NCBI GenBank assembly: GCA_022710715.1
Contig: JAKLGJ010000004.1
Location: forward strand, 256,166-320,165
Length of the DNA: 64,000 nucleotides
Reading direction: 5' to 3'
Source: Candidatus Omnitrophota bacterium
GTDB lineage: Bacteria > Omnitrophota > Gorgyraeia > Gygaellales > Profunditerraquicolaceae
Position 1 is the first letter of the stretch. Every line of letters starts with the position of its first letter. Under the pieces are notes generated by a model. It saw only the letters and a program-made list of their open reading frames with translations. It ran no database searches and had not been told where the DNA came from. Position numbers and translations under genes: made by a program. This document shows, piece by piece, positions 54,978 to 64,000 of this stretch.

Positions 54978-55180
54978 GAAAATTAGTCATTATCAAATAT
55001 AGTTTCTGTCTTGTTTGTGTTTGGTTGTTTTTCATTCTTTTGTCTTTCTTTACACATTACCCATTCGTCAGAATAATTCAGGTTTTTGGGTGGGCGTTAG
55101 CGCTCGGAACAATCTTCATGTCGATCCCTCCGTTTTTCTTCACGCGTCCAGAAGTAAGAAAGCAGTTCCAATTATTCTAG
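54743..55180 (+). CDS. hypothetical small membrane protein
   Basis: About 4 hydrophobic segments; overlaps the transposase-remnant frame on the other strand; weak. Confidence 0.25.
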   Translation, partial: DKEVSVGIGQRRSKGVFFFALLEFVGTTQFLRMYSVDFDSPVAQSFPHFRTILWIYVLLISVVSPVCGIGLLLLKEWARKLVIIKYSFCLVCVWLFFILLSFFTHYPFVRIIQVFGWALALGTIFMSIPPFFFTRPEVRKQFQLF

Positions 55181-55433
55181 TGCCCAAAACGTGCCCATTT
55201 TAGTGAAAAACATCGGGTAACAAAGGGAACAATCGGGAAACATCCAGACTCCCTGTTTCTCCGTTTTTGATTTTTGTACCGAGAAGAAGCATAACAACAA
55301 GTATCAAGCCATTTCAAGATATGACAATATCTCTGAAGTGGCTTTTTTATTCTTTCTGCCGAAAACGATTGACATGGGGGGCGGGTGTGATAAACTTATT
55401 ATGAACATATGTTCATAACGAAAGAGGATGATT

Positions 55434-55739
55434 ATGCGTCCCAAGAAGACCCGATGGGTCAAATGCGTCCCCGGCGAAAGGTGTTTCAAACCCATGTGCA
55501 AGCCTTTAAGCAAGGTTAAAGTCGTATGCCTGTCGCTTGATGAATTCGAAGCGGTGCGGCTTGCCTGTCTTGAAGGATTGAAACAAATAGACGCCGCAAA
55601 GCTGATGAAGGTCTCGCGGCCGACTTTTTCCCGGATTTTGACCTCTGCCCAGCAAAAGGTGGCTGATGGACTGGTCAATATCAAGGCAATCCGTATTGAA
55701 GGCGGGTGTTGCCAGATCAGGAGGGGGATCAAAAAATGA
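55434..55739 (+). CDS. DUF134 (UPF0251) family predicted DNA-binding protein
   Basis: PKKTRWVKCVPGERCFKPMCKP ... sigma-r4-like HTH (EFEAVRLACLEGLKQIDAAKLMKVSRPTFSRIL). Confidence 0.7.
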   Translation: MRPKKTRWVKCVPGERCFKPMCKPLSKVKVVCLSLDEFEAVRLACLEGLKQIDAAKLMKVSRPTFSRILTSAQQKVADGLVNIKAIRIEGGCCQIRRGIKK

Positions 55740-56908
55740 AAGCATGGAAGAAGTTCCTGTATAGTACCGTTATCTTTCTGGGTTGTTTCTATCTGCCGGT
55801 AGAGAATATGCGTTTTAACAATGCGGTTTTTGAAGCGCTTGCTTTGGTTAAATGGTACGCGCGTGAGCATGTGTTATTGTGTCTGGTGCCGGCATTCTTT
55901 ATTGCCGGGGCGATCTCGGTATTCGTCAGCCAGGCGTCAGTGTTAAAATATTTCGGCGCTAAAGCCAATAAATTTCTCTCTTACAGCGTGGCTGCGGTTT
56001 CCGGCACCATATTGGCGGTGTGTTCTTGTACGGTGTTGCCGCTTTTCGGGGGCATTTATAAAAGAGGGGCGGGACTCGGGCCTGCCAGCGCTTTCCTTTA
56101 TTCCGGGCCGGCCATCAATGTTCTTGCGATCATTCTTACTGCGCGGATCTTAGGCTGGCAGCTGGGCCTGGCCAGAGCTATCGGCGCCGTGGTTTTCAGC
56201 GTGGTGATCGGTTTATTGATGCATCTGATCTTTTATAAGGAAGAGTGCAGCCGTCAGGCATGCGGTGATTTTAACGCGGGTCAAGCGAAAGAACCGCGTT
56301 CATTGGGGCAGACGGTTTTGTATTTTGCTTCTCTGGTCGCTATCCTGGTATTCGCGAACTGGGGGAAACCGCTGGAAGGCGATCAGGGTATCTGGGCGCT
56401 TATTTATCAGTATAAATGGTGGATCACCGGCGTGTCTTCAGTCAGCCTCGCGGTCATGCTGGGCAGATGGTTCAAAAAAGAGGAATTAAAAGACTGGACG
56501 CAATCCACCTGGGGATTTGCTCTGCAGATCCTGCCGCTTCTGCTTGGAGGAGTGCTGGTCTCCGGGTTCCTCCTGGGCAGAGTAGGTCATGAGGGCGTCA
56601 TTCCGTCGCGTTTTGTGGTCGCGTTAGTCGGCGGCAATTCCGTGTGGGCTAATTTCTTTTCCGCGATTGTCGCGACGTTCATGTATTTTGCCACGCTTAC
56701 CGAAGTGCCGATCCTGCAGGGGTTGATGAATGCCGGCATGGGCAAAGGACCGGCATTGGCGTTGTTGCTGGCAGGGCCTGCGTTGAGCCTGCCGAGCATG
56801 CTGGTGTTGCGCAGCATTTTGGGGACGAGAAAGACCGTTGTATACGTCGTCCTCGTGGTGATGATGGCTACGTTTTCGGGAATGCTTTTTGGTTTTATCG
56901 CAAAGTAG
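55733..56908 (+). CDS. DUF318/ArsP-like permease (putative organoarsenical efflux)
   Basis: Multi-TM; conserved CSC in [12 protein letters not shown] as in the ArsP (TPFCSC) family; likely start MKAWKKF. Confidence 0.65.
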   Translation, partial: KMKAWKKFLYSTVIFLGCFYLPVENMRFNNAVFEALALVKWYAREHVLLCLVPAFFIAGAISVFVSQASVLKYFGAKANKFLSYSVAAVSGTILAVCSCTVLPLFGGIYKRGAGLGPASAFLYSGPAINVLAIILTARILGWQLGLARAIGAVVFSVVIGLLMHLIFYKEECSRQACGDFNAGQAKEPRSLGQTVLYFASLVAILVFANWGKPLEGDQGIWALIYQYKWWITGVSSVSLAVMLGRWFKKEELKDWTQSTWGFALQILPLLLGGVLVSGFLLGRVGHEGVIPSRFVVALVGGNSVWANFFSAIVATFMYFATLTEVPILQGLMNAGMGKGPALALLLAGPALSLPSMLVLRSILGTRKTVVYVVLVVMMATFSGMLFGFIAK

Positions 56909-56916
56909 GAGGAGAT

Positions 56917-57747
56917 ATGGAAGGAAAAGACATCAAGAAAATGGTCAAAGAAGGGTATGCTAAAGTCGCCAGGCAGAATGTTTCCTGCTGCTCTGCCGGT
57001 TGTTCGTGCGCGGGCGCACCGCAGGCGAAAGATATCAGTAAAATCGTCGGATACAGCGAGTCTGAAATGAACGCCGTTCCCGAGGGTGCCAATCTTGGTC
57101 TGGGTTGCGGCAATCCCGTCGCTATCGCCTCGCTCAAAGAGGGGGAGGTCGTATTGGATCTGGGCAGCGGCGCGGGATTCGACGCTTTCCTCGCCTCGCC
57201 GAAAGTCGGGAAAACAGGGAAGGTTATCGGCGTTGATATGACCGAAGAAATGATCGAGAAAGCCAGGCGGAACGCCCGGAAAAGCGATTATGCCAACGTG
57301 GAATTCAGATTGGGCGAGATCGAGCGACTGCCGGTGGATAGCGCGTCGGTGGATGCGATCATTTCAAATTGCGTGATCAATCTTTCTCCGGATAAAGAGA
57401 GCGTTTTTAAAGAAGCGTACCGGGTGCTGAAGCCCGGAGGCAGATTGATGGTCTCGGATCTGGTTTTGACCGGAAAACTGCCGGCGCTGATCAAGGATTC
57501 TGTTGAGGCTTATGTGGGATGCCTGGCCGGCGCGGCAATGAAAGAAGAGTACCTCGGGTTTATAGAAAAAGCCGGCTTCAAAGATATAAAAGTCGTCAGC
57601 CAGACGCATTACCCGATAGAAGCTATGGCAAATGACGCAACGGCGCAGGCAGTCATGGGTGATGCGAAGATCAGTAAGCAGGATATGAAAGCGCTGGAGA
57701 AAGCCGTGGTCAGCGTGAAGGTTCTGGCATTCAAGCCCGAACGCTGA
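56917..57747 (+). CDS. arsM: arsenite S-adenosylmethionine methyltransferase
   Basis: N-terminal Cys pairs ([11 protein letters not shown]), AdoMet motif [11 protein letters not shown], further Cys (CVINLS, GCLAG) typical of ArsM. Confidence 0.85.
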   Translation: MEGKDIKKMVKEGYAKVARQNVSCCSAGCSCAGAPQAKDISKIVGYSESEMNAVPEGANLGLGCGNPVAIASLKEGEVVLDLGSGAGFDAFLASPKVGKTGKVIGVDMTEEMIEKARRNARKSDYANVEFRLGEIERLPVDSASVDAIISNCVINLSPDKESVFKEAYRVLKPGGRLMVSDLVLTGKLPALIKDSVEAYVGCLAGAAMKEEYLGFIEKAGFKDIKVVSQTHYPIEAMANDATAQAVMGDAKISKQDMKALEKAVVSVKVLAFKPER

Positions 57748-57761
57748 TCCTCAAGAATATC

Positions 57762-58448
57762 ATGGAAAAGAAGATAAGAAAAATCAAAGTGTCTGAAAAG
57801 TATCCTCCTGAAGAGGGCTGTTATCTGCGAGGCAACGATTTCTCTCCTGTCGCGGTAGCGGTGATCTTAAAATGGAGAAGGGACGAGGTCCCCGAATCGA
57901 TCGAACAGCTTGTAAGAGTCGGATTGGAAAGCGGCGCCGCATTGTCGGGAACACTGCAGACCGAGAATGTGGGGTTGGAAAAAGTGATCTGCAATATCAT
58001 AGCGAACCCGAATATCAGATATCTGGTCGTGTGCGGACCTGAATCCCCGGGGCATCTGGTGGGAGAAAGTATCAACGCATTATATAAGAACGGGATAGAC
58101 GCGCATAAAAGAATAATCGGGACAGGCGCCCCGGCGCCATTCCTGTTCAATATCCCATCGGAATGGATAGACAGATTGAGAAAACAGACCCGGCTCATTG
58201 ATCTCACCAATGAGGGATCTCCTGACGTCATACGGGAAGCCGTGTGGTCATGTTATCAGGAGGAGCCGGTCAAATTCAAAGAGTATGAGCTTTTCGACAC
58301 CGGGGCTTTTGAGGAAGAACCCATATGCGGAAAAATTACATGGAGGGTTACAAACCCGGCGTATGCGCCTAAGGACGAGAAAGAACAAGCAGCGCTTGAA
58401 AAGATGCAGGCTCTGATAAAGAAACTCAAGCAGAGAGGTAAAAAATGA
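57762..58448 (+). CDS. MtrA-like protein (homologue of tetrahydromethanopterin S-methyltransferase corrinoid subunit A, soluble form)
   Basis: SPVAVAVIL...TENVGLEKVICNIIANPNIRYLVVCGPESPGHLVGESINALYKNGID closely matches the conserved MtrA core; no C-terminal TM helix. Confidence 0.7.
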   Translation: MEKKIRKIKVSEKYPPEEGCYLRGNDFSPVAVAVILKWRRDEVPESIEQLVRVGLESGAALSGTLQTENVGLEKVICNIIANPNIRYLVVCGPESPGHLVGESINALYKNGIDAHKRIIGTGAPAPFLFNIPSEWIDRLRKQTRLIDLTNEGSPDVIREAVWSCYQEEPVKFKEYELFDTGAFEEEPICGKITWRVTNPAYAPKDEKEQAALEKMQALIKKLKQRGKK

Positions 58449-58693
58449 AGATAGAGATTTTAGGAGCCGGTTGTCCCAAATGCCATAGCACCGAGGCTAA
58501 TGTGCGCAAGGCGCTTGCGGAGTTGAATAAAACCGCTGAAGTGGTCGAGGTGACCGATATCATGGCTATCATTGATAAAGGCGTGATCCAGACGCCGGGT
58601 TTGATCATCAACGGGAAGATCATTATGCAAGGGAAGATCCCTACCGTTGAACAGATAAAACAGTTTATTCAGAAGGAGGAAGGCAATGGGTAA
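58445..58693 (+). CDS. thioredoxin-fold redox-active disulfide protein 2
   Basis: 82 aa, MKIEILGAGCPKCHS with CPKC active site; family commonly paired with CcdA-like proteins. Confidence 0.75.
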   Translation: MKIEILGAGCPKCHSTEANVRKALAELNKTAEVVEVTDIMAIIDKGVIQTPGLIINGKIIMQGKIPTVEQIKQFIQKEEGNG

Positions 58694-58949
58694 TTATGGG
58701 GAGTGGAAAGGCGTGCCGCGGGAAAATATACCCTGGTATCCCAGGGTTGATCTGGATAAATGCGTTGGGTGCAGGGAATGTTTTAAATTCTGCCGGCACA
58801 AGGTATATACGTGGGATAAGGATAACAATAAGACAAAAGTGGCCGAGCCGTTTCATTGTGTCGTAGGCTGCAGCAACTGCGCGGGGGTTTGCAAGGAAGG
58901 CGCGATCTCGTTCCCGCCTTTGACCATGCTTAAGGATTTTGCAAAATAA
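58686..58949 (+). CDS. 2x[4Fe-4S] ferredoxin
   Basis: CVGCRECFKFC and CVVGCSNCAGVC motifs. Confidence 0.8.
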   Translation: MGNYGEWKGVPRENIPWYPRVDLDKCVGCRECFKFCRHKVYTWDKDNNKTKVAEPFHCVVGCSNCAGVCKEGAISFPPLTMLKDFAK

Positions 58950-58961
58950 TCAGGGGGAAAA

Positions 58962-59372
58962 ATGAAGAAACCGATTGTTTTAGTGCTTGTTTTGATCCTC
59001 ATGACGGCTGCCGTCAGCCCGGCGGCGCCTCAAAACAAGGTCGTTGCCTATTATTTCCACGGGAACGCCCGCTGCTATACCTGCCGCACTATGGAACAGT
59101 ACTCGAAGGAAGCGCTCGAGACGAACTTCAAGGATGCGTTAGCCGCCGGGAAGCTGGAATTCAAAGCGGTGAATGTGGAAGAGCGGGAGAATGAACATTT
59201 CGCTCAAAAGTATCAGCTGTACACAAAATCCCTGGTGTTATCCCTGGTTAAAGACGGGAAAGAGATCAGATCGAAAAATCTCGCCGGGATCTGGGACCAT
59301 GTCCGGAACAAACGGAGATTCTTCGATTATGTAACTGAAGAAGTATCCGATTTCCTGAAGGAAATACAATGA
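58962..59372 (+). CDS. secreted CxxC thioredoxin-like protein (ArsF-like small ars-operon protein)
   Basis: Signal peptide, CYTC motif; position between the ferredoxin and the CcdA-like gene. Confidence 0.5.
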   Translation: MKKPIVLVLVLILMTAAVSPAAPQNKVVAYYFHGNARCYTCRTMEQYSKEALETNFKDALAAGKLEFKAVNVEERENEHFAQKYQLYTKSLVLSLVKDGKEIRSKNLAGIWDHVRNKRRFFDYVTEEVSDFLKEIQ

Positions 59373-60058
59373 CCGATATTGTGATCGGCCTGGGATCAGC
59401 TTTATGGCTGGGCATTATGACGTCTATCAGCCCGTGTCCGCTGGCTACCAACGTGGCAGCGATATCCTTTCTGGCTAAAAAGGTGATCCATCCCCGGTCA
59501 GTGTTGCTTTCCGGCATCGCTTATACTGCCGGCAGGATGGTATCCTATGCCGCGCTGGGGGTTATCCTGATCAATTCGATCTTAAGTATCCCTCAAGTAG
59601 CGCAGTTCCTGCAGAAATATATGCCGCAGGCTCTCGGCCCTCTTTTGATCGTTACCGGATTGGTCCTGTTGGAAATAATCAAACTGAACCTGCCGGGCGT
59701 GTTCCTTTCCCGGCAACATCGCAGCAGGCTGGTCGAGGCCGGAGTACCGGGGGCTTTTCTTTTAGGCGTTATTTTTGCGCTCGCCTTTTGCCCGCTTTCC
59801 GCGGCGTTATTCTTCGGGAGCCTTATCCCGCTGGCAATTCATTACAAAAGCGGGATTATTTTTCCGTCCATTTACGGTGTTGGTACGGGGTTGCCGGTTC
59901 TCGTATTTGCCATAGCGATCGCCCTGGGGGTGACGTCATTAAGCCGGTGGTTCAATAAAATTACGCGTATAGAATATTATGCCCGGAAAATTACCGGAGT
60001 CACATTTATCATTGTGGGGTTGTATTATGCGGGGGTTTATATTCTGAAGCTGTTTTAA
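59369..60058 (+). CDS. CcdA/DsbD-family transmembrane thiol-disulfide transfer protein
   Basis: Two Cys-Pro motifs in TM helices (ISPCPLAT; AFCPLSAALFFG), about 6 TM. Confidence 0.7.
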   Translation: MTDIVIGLGSALWLGIMTSISPCPLATNVAAISFLAKKVIHPRSVLLSGIAYTAGRMVSYAALGVILINSILSIPQVAQFLQKYMPQALGPLLIVTGLVLLEIIKLNLPGVFLSRQHRSRLVEAGVPGAFLLGVIFALAFCPLSAALFFGSLIPLAIHYKSGIIFPSIYGVGTGLPVLVFAIAIALGVTSLSRWFNKITRIEYYARKITGVTFIIVGLYYAGVYILKLF

Positions 60059-60070
60059 AAAGGGGGGAAG

Positions 60071-61111
60071 GTGGAACAACTTGCGAAGAAGCTGTCGTTT
60101 TTAGACAGATTCCTGACTTTATGGATATTTCTGGCTATGGCTGCGGGAGTTTTATCCGGATATTTTTTCCCCGGAGTAGTCGGCTTCTGGCATCGGTTCC
60201 AGGCGGGAACAACCAATATTCCCATTGCCGTCGGATTGATCCTGATGATGTACCCGCCTCTGGCCAAAGTGAAATACGAAGAACTGGGGGATGTATTCCG
60301 TGATTATAAGATCCTCGGTCTTTCTCTGGCGCAGAACTGGATCGTGGGCCCCATAGTGATGTTCGTTCTGGCCGTGTTGTTCTTAAGGGGGTACCCGGAT
60401 TACATGGTCGGTCTGATCATGATCGGGCTTGCCCGGTGTATAGCGATGGTTATTGTATGGAATGAGCTGGCTCAAGGCGATACTGAATATTGCGCGGGGT
60501 TGGTGGCGTTTAACTCCATCTTCCAGGTTTTGTTTTATTCCGTATACGCATGGGTTTTCATCACTGTTATCCCGACCTGGTTCGGGCTTCGCGGGGTCGC
60601 GGTCAATATAACCATAGGTCAGATCGCGCAAAGCGTGTTCATTTATCTGGGGGTTCCTTTTATTGCCGGCATTGTCAGCCGGTTTTCGCTGATCCGGCTC
60701 AAGGGCAAAGAGTGGTATGAAAAGAAGTTCATCCCGAAGATCAGCCCTGTTACCCTGATCGCGCTCCTGTTCACCATTGTGGTCATGTTCTCTTTGAAGG
60801 GCGGATACATCGTGCGGATCCCGCTCGATGTGGTGAGAATCGCCATCCCGCTTTTGATCTACTTTGTGGCTATGTTCCTGATTTCTTTTTATATGGGGTA
60901 TAAATTCAAAGCCGGCTACGCCAAAACCGCGACTTTGTCGTTCACCGCTGCCAGCAATAACTTTGAGCTCGCTATCGCGGTAGCGGTCGCCGTATTCGGA
61001 ATCAATTCCGGCGCGGCTTTTGCCGCGGTGATCGGACCTCTGGTTGAAGTTCCGGTGCTGATAAGCCTGGTGAACGTGGCGGCGTTTTTCAAAAAGAAGT
61101 TTCAATATTGA
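60071..61111 (+). CDS. acr3: arsenite efflux transporter, ACR3 family
   Basis: [21 protein letters not shown]...[24 protein letters not shown] is the canonical ACR3 N-terminus; 346 aa, 10 TM. Confidence 0.9.
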   Translation: MEQLAKKLSFLDRFLTLWIFLAMAAGVLSGYFFPGVVGFWHRFQAGTTNIPIAVGLILMMYPPLAKVKYEELGDVFRDYKILGLSLAQNWIVGPIVMFVLAVLFLRGYPDYMVGLIMIGLARCIAMVIVWNELAQGDTEYCAGLVAFNSIFQVLFYSVYAWVFITVIPTWFGLRGVAVNITIGQIAQSVFIYLGVPFIAGIVSRFSLIRLKGKEWYEKKFIPKISPVTLIALLFTIVVMFSLKGGYIVRIPLDVVRIAIPLLIYFVAMFLISFYMGYKFKAGYAKTATLSFTAASNNFELAIAVAVAVFGINSGAAFAAVIGPLVEVPVLISLVNVAAFFKKKFQY

Positions 61112-61184
61112 CATCCCGAACCCGATCCGGTAACATATTATCAATCAGGAAGTTAGGGAAATGCGCCAATGATAAGGAGAAAAG

Positions 61185-62150
61185 ATGAAAAAGAAAATCC
61201 GCTTTCTGGCAGTGACGGCAGGTGTAGTTATTCTCATCCTGGGTTTCGCTTGCGCTGAACCGGTCAAGGATGGTTACGGCAAAGCGCAGTTGCCGGACAG
61301 CTCCGTCTATGAGGGGAATTTCAAGAACGGCCTTTTCGACGGCAAGGGAACGATGGTGTGGCGGAACGGAGATAGATATGAAGGCGATTTCAAAAACGGC
61401 TTATTCAACGGTAAGGGGATTTCCGTAAGACGCAACGGGGATGCGTATGAAGGCGAATTCAAGGACGGATTGATGGAAGGAAAGGGCATTTATAGCCGGG
61501 TCAATGGGGACAGATACGAAGGAGAAATGAAAGAGGGATACTTTTCCGGAAAAGGGACGCTTAAATTGGGTGACCGGGGCAGTTATGAGGGAGAGTTTAA
61601 AGACGGGGAGATCACCGGCAGAGGGAAAATGACGTATGCTGACGGCACGATCGTCGAAGGAATGTTCAAAAGGGGAATGGCCGAAGGAATGGTAACGATC
61701 CACAACCCGGAATATACCTATGAAGGTGAGTTCAGAAAGAATGTATTCAACGGAAAAGGAAAAGCGACGTATGCCAACGGCACTACCGTGGAGGGGAATT
61801 TTATCAATGGGCGTCTGGAAGGGGCCGGGCGTTACAAGCAGGGGAACGGGGATGCCTATGAAGGCGAGTTCAAAAATGGCCTTTTCGACGGCAAAGGAGT
61901 TTTGAGCTATAGCAACGGGGATAAATATGAAGGCAGGTTCGAAAACAATTACTTTAATGGCCGGGGAAAATATACCACCCGTGAAGGGTTTATATATGAA
62001 GGCAGCTTCAAGGACTCAAAATATGACGGGGAAGGAACGTTGACCTGCCCTGCCGATTGTAAGGATTGTCCGCAGAAGGTGACAAGAGGCATCTGGAAAA
62101 AAGGAAAGCTTTTTGTCGACTTTGATAAGACCCCGCGCGCGAAAAAATAG
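61185..62150 (+). CDS. MORN-repeat lipoprotein
   Basis: Lipobox LGFAC; at least 12 tandem YEGEFKNGxxxGKG MORN repeats. Confidence 0.8.
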   Translation: MKKKIRFLAVTAGVVILILGFACAEPVKDGYGKAQLPDSSVYEGNFKNGLFDGKGTMVWRNGDRYEGDFKNGLFNGKGISVRRNGDAYEGEFKDGLMEGKGIYSRVNGDRYEGEMKEGYFSGKGTLKLGDRGSYEGEFKDGEITGRGKMTYADGTIVEGMFKRGMAEGMVTIHNPEYTYEGEFRKNVFNGKGKATYANGTTVEGNFINGRLEGAGRYKQGNGDAYEGEFKNGLFDGKGVLSYSNGDKYEGRFENNYFNGRGKYTTREGFIYEGSFKDSKYDGEGTLTCPADCKDCPQKVTRGIWKKGKLFVDFDKTPRAKK

Positions 62151-62243
62151 GCTTCCTGCCAATCCGATTTTCTCTTCAACCTCCCCTTTTTTCTTTTAAA
62201 GAGTCGGGAGCGGAGGTATAATGAATAAAAGATTGGAGTACGT

Positions 62244-63878
62244 ATGAAGCACGATGAGGAATTTTATCGCACGTTGTTCGAGGTCACCGGCACCGGTTTT
62301 GTGGCGCTGGACGGTGAAGGCAAAGTGATCGAGGCGAATGAGGAATATGTGCGCCTTACCGGTCACGCGGATCTTTCAAAGATAATCGGCCGGTCGGTGC
62401 TGGAATGGACTGTTGAACGCGATAAAGAATATAATCTTAACGCTCTCAAGCAGTGCCGCGAGCAGGGCAAGGTCAATAATCTCGAGATAGAATATGCCTG
62501 TCCCGATGGCCGGATCGTTTCCGTGGAAGTCAATGCCACGCTTTTTCATCAAGAAGGCGCCGCGCCTCTGATCCTGGGGCTGTGCCGCGATGCAACCGAA
62601 AGTCGAAAAAAGGATACCGCACTGAAGGAAGAGACTGCCCGGAGGCGCATTTTATTCGAACAATCGCCTGACGGGATACTGATTATCGATCCGCCTACGG
62701 CGCGGTTCTTGGAATTCAATACCGCCGCGCATCAACAACTGGGATATTCGCGCGAAGAATTTGAGCGGTTGAGCATAGCCGATGTCGAGGTGATAGAGAC
62801 TTTCGAAGAAACCCGTCAGCACATCGCAAAGGTGATCAAAGAGGGAAAAGCCGATTTTGACACGCTGCAACGCACTAAAACAGGGGAACGTCGCAATGTC
62901 CACGTGACCGCCCAGATTATGGAGATCATGGGGAAACCTGCGTATGTGTGCACCTGGCGGGATATTACCGCCCGCAAGCAGACAGAAGCCGCTTTACTGG
63001 TATCTGAAGAAAGATTTCGGAATGTCGTGGAGTCGTCGCCGACGGCAATGTATTTCTATCGCCTGGAAGCCGACGGCCGCCTGATTTTGACCGGCGCGAA
63101 TGAGTCGGCCGATCGTATCATCGGCATCAAGCATCAACCCCTCATCGGCAAAACCATAGAAGAAGCATTTCCCAATCTTATGCCTACCGAAGTTCCCGCG
63201 ATGTATCGCAAAGTAGCTAAAGGTGAGACAGGGCCGCAATCGTTCGAGATACCCTATCAGGATGAACGGTTCCGGGGGTATTATCAGGTGCATGTATTCC
63301 GCACCGGCACGCAAACGATAGCGGTCGATTTCACGGATATTTCCGACAGAAGAAGGGTGGAAGAAGCGTTGCGCGAGAAAACGGCCTTGCTGGAGTCGCA
63401 GATGGAGGCGGATCTCGACGCATTGATCGTGGTAGATGCCCATCAGCAGCGTATCCTGGCTAACCAGCGTTTCTTCGCTCTATTCAAAGTTCCCGATCAT
63501 ATCGCCCAGGATAAGGATGACAACGCCCTGTTGCAGTATGTGGTGGAGAAAACCAAATACCCCAGGCAGTTCCTGGAAAAAGTACAGTATTTGTACGCCC
63601 ATCCCGACCAGACCAGCCGGGACGAGATCGAATTCAAGGATGGGATGATCCTGGATCGATATTCCTCGCCGGTCGTGGACAAGAGCGGGAAATATTGCGG
63701 CCGTATCTGGAGTTTTCGCGATATTACCGAGAACAAGAAAACCGAAGCCAGGTTGAGAGAGAAGCTGCAGGAACTGGAAACGTTCAACCGGTTTGCCGTG
63801 GACCGGGAACTGAAAATGATCGAGCTTAAAGAGCAGATCGTGAAACTGGAGGAAAAACTTCAAGCCAGGGCGTTATGA
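62244..63878 (+). CDS. multi-PAS domain sensor protein without recognisable output domain
   Basis: At least three PAS-like modules; C-terminal coiled coil; no HisKA/HATPase or GGDEF motifs. Confidence 0.7.
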   Translation: MKHDEEFYRTLFEVTGTGFVALDGEGKVIEANEEYVRLTGHADLSKIIGRSVLEWTVERDKEYNLNALKQCREQGKVNNLEIEYACPDGRIVSVEVNATLFHQEGAAPLILGLCRDATESRKKDTALKEETARRRILFEQSPDGILIIDPPTARFLEFNTAAHQQLGYSREEFERLSIADVEVIETFEETRQHIAKVIKEGKADFDTLQRTKTGERRNVHVTAQIMEIMGKPAYVCTWRDITARKQTEAALLVSEERFRNVVESSPTAMYFYRLEADGRLILTGANESADRIIGIKHQPLIGKTIEEAFPNLMPTEVPAMYRKVAKGETGPQSFEIPYQDERFRGYYQVHVFRTGTQTIAVDFTDISDRRRVEEALREKTALLESQMEADLDALIVVDAHQQRILANQRFFALFKVPDHIAQDKDDNALLQYVVEKTKYPRQFLEKVQYLYAHPDQTSRDEIEFKDGMILDRYSSPVVDKSGKYCGRIWSFRDITENKKTEARLREKLQELETFNRFAVDRELKMIELKEQIVKLEEKLQARAL

Positions 63879-64000
63879 AGAAAACGATCATAAAACCGGC
63901 GTGCTTCGGTCCGGTGGCAGTGATCTGGTCGCAAAACCACGATTTGCCGCATATCATCCGCGTGTTGCTTTCCCGCCCCGGGTTTTCCGCCGAGGAACAG
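63875..64000 (+). CDS. ORF continuing beyond the window (3' partial), unknown
   Basis: ATG overlapping the upstream stop (ATGA); 42 codons visible. Confidence 0.3.
   Translation, partial: MKKTIIKPACFGPVAVIWSQNHDLPHIIRVLLSRPGFSAEEQ

Noticed and set aside
55304-55870. 188-aa minus-strand ORF
   Set aside because: Overlaps the DUF134 gene and the ArsP start on the other strand. The plus-strand genes have SDs and family motifs.
60383-61144. 253-aa minus-strand ORF
   Set aside because: Antisense to the ACR3 transporter gene; highly charged low-complexity translation.
1-64000. CRISPR arrays and rRNA genes
   Set aside because: No regularly spaced direct repeats of 25-40 nt and no rRNA-like conserved stretches were seen. 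The short tandem repeats present (17949-17992, GTGGAG iterons) are too few and too irregular.

Overview
The window reads as a bacterial chromosomal segment with four blocks. Coordinates are approximate to about 2 nt, because my manual counting and the ORF track disagree by 1 nt in places.

(1) 1-7130: host housekeeping genes on the + strand. These are gcvH (5' partial), gcvPA, gcvPB, an LplA/LipM-type lipoate ligase, lipA, a LysM-amidase and a YibQ-type deacetylase. xth is convergent on the - strand.

(2) 7321-8806: two tRNA-Ser genes, with anticodons CGA and GGA. They bracket a multi-TM protein and a free-standing double-motif LAGLIDADG homing endonuclease.

(3) about 8.7-43.7 kb: an integrated lambda-like siphovirus prophage. 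Its large serine recombinase abuts, and reads antisense through, tRNA-Ser(GGA). Early functions are a phage sigma factor, an SNF2 helicase, VRR-NUC, a Prim-Pol/CHC2/D5-SF3 primase-helicase, and a ParB-N6/N4 methyltransferase fusion. Late functions are small and large (GpA-type) terminase, gpW, a lambda-family portal, protease/scaffold, a decoration protein, a gpE-type capsid, tail tube, G/GT chaperones with a visible -1 frameshift site, tape measure, gpM/gpL/gpK(NlpC-P60)/gpJ, and a tail fibre. The right arm of the prophage carries an unusual cluster. It comprises a 241-aa protein with three about 33-aa N-terminal repeats and a Cys/Trp/Tyr/His-rich C-terminal half, a small unknown protein, and three tandem paralogous radical-SAM/SPASM enzymes. 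This looks like a RiPP-like or protein-crosslinking maturation system inside a phage, and is the most interesting candidate for a novel system.

(4) about 43.7-54.5 kb: a lower-GC island. It holds an Eco57I-type N6-adenine methyltransferase with two convergent candidate restriction genes. It then carries a six-gene operon whose first gene overlaps the second by an ATG within it. The genes are a zinc ribbon, two unknowns, a PD-(D/E)xK nuclease, an MBL/beta-CASP nuclease, and a RecB-like-nuclease-fused protein. This is a second candidate undescribed system, possibly defence. A structured intergenic RNA candidate follows, then an AbiEii-like nucleotidyltransferase module with a perfect palindromic operator, and a transposase remnant.

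(5) 55.4-61.1 kb: an anaerobe-type arsenic operon. Its genes are a DUF134 regulator, an ArsP-like permease, ArsM, an MtrA-like corrinoid-protein homologue, thioredoxin-like redox protein 2, a 2x[4Fe-4S] ferredoxin, a secreted CxxC protein, a CcdA-like protein, and ACR3. A MORN-repeat lipoprotein and a multi-PAS protein follow.

No rRNA and no CRISPR array were seen. Several long antisense ORFs inside real genes were treated as spurious.
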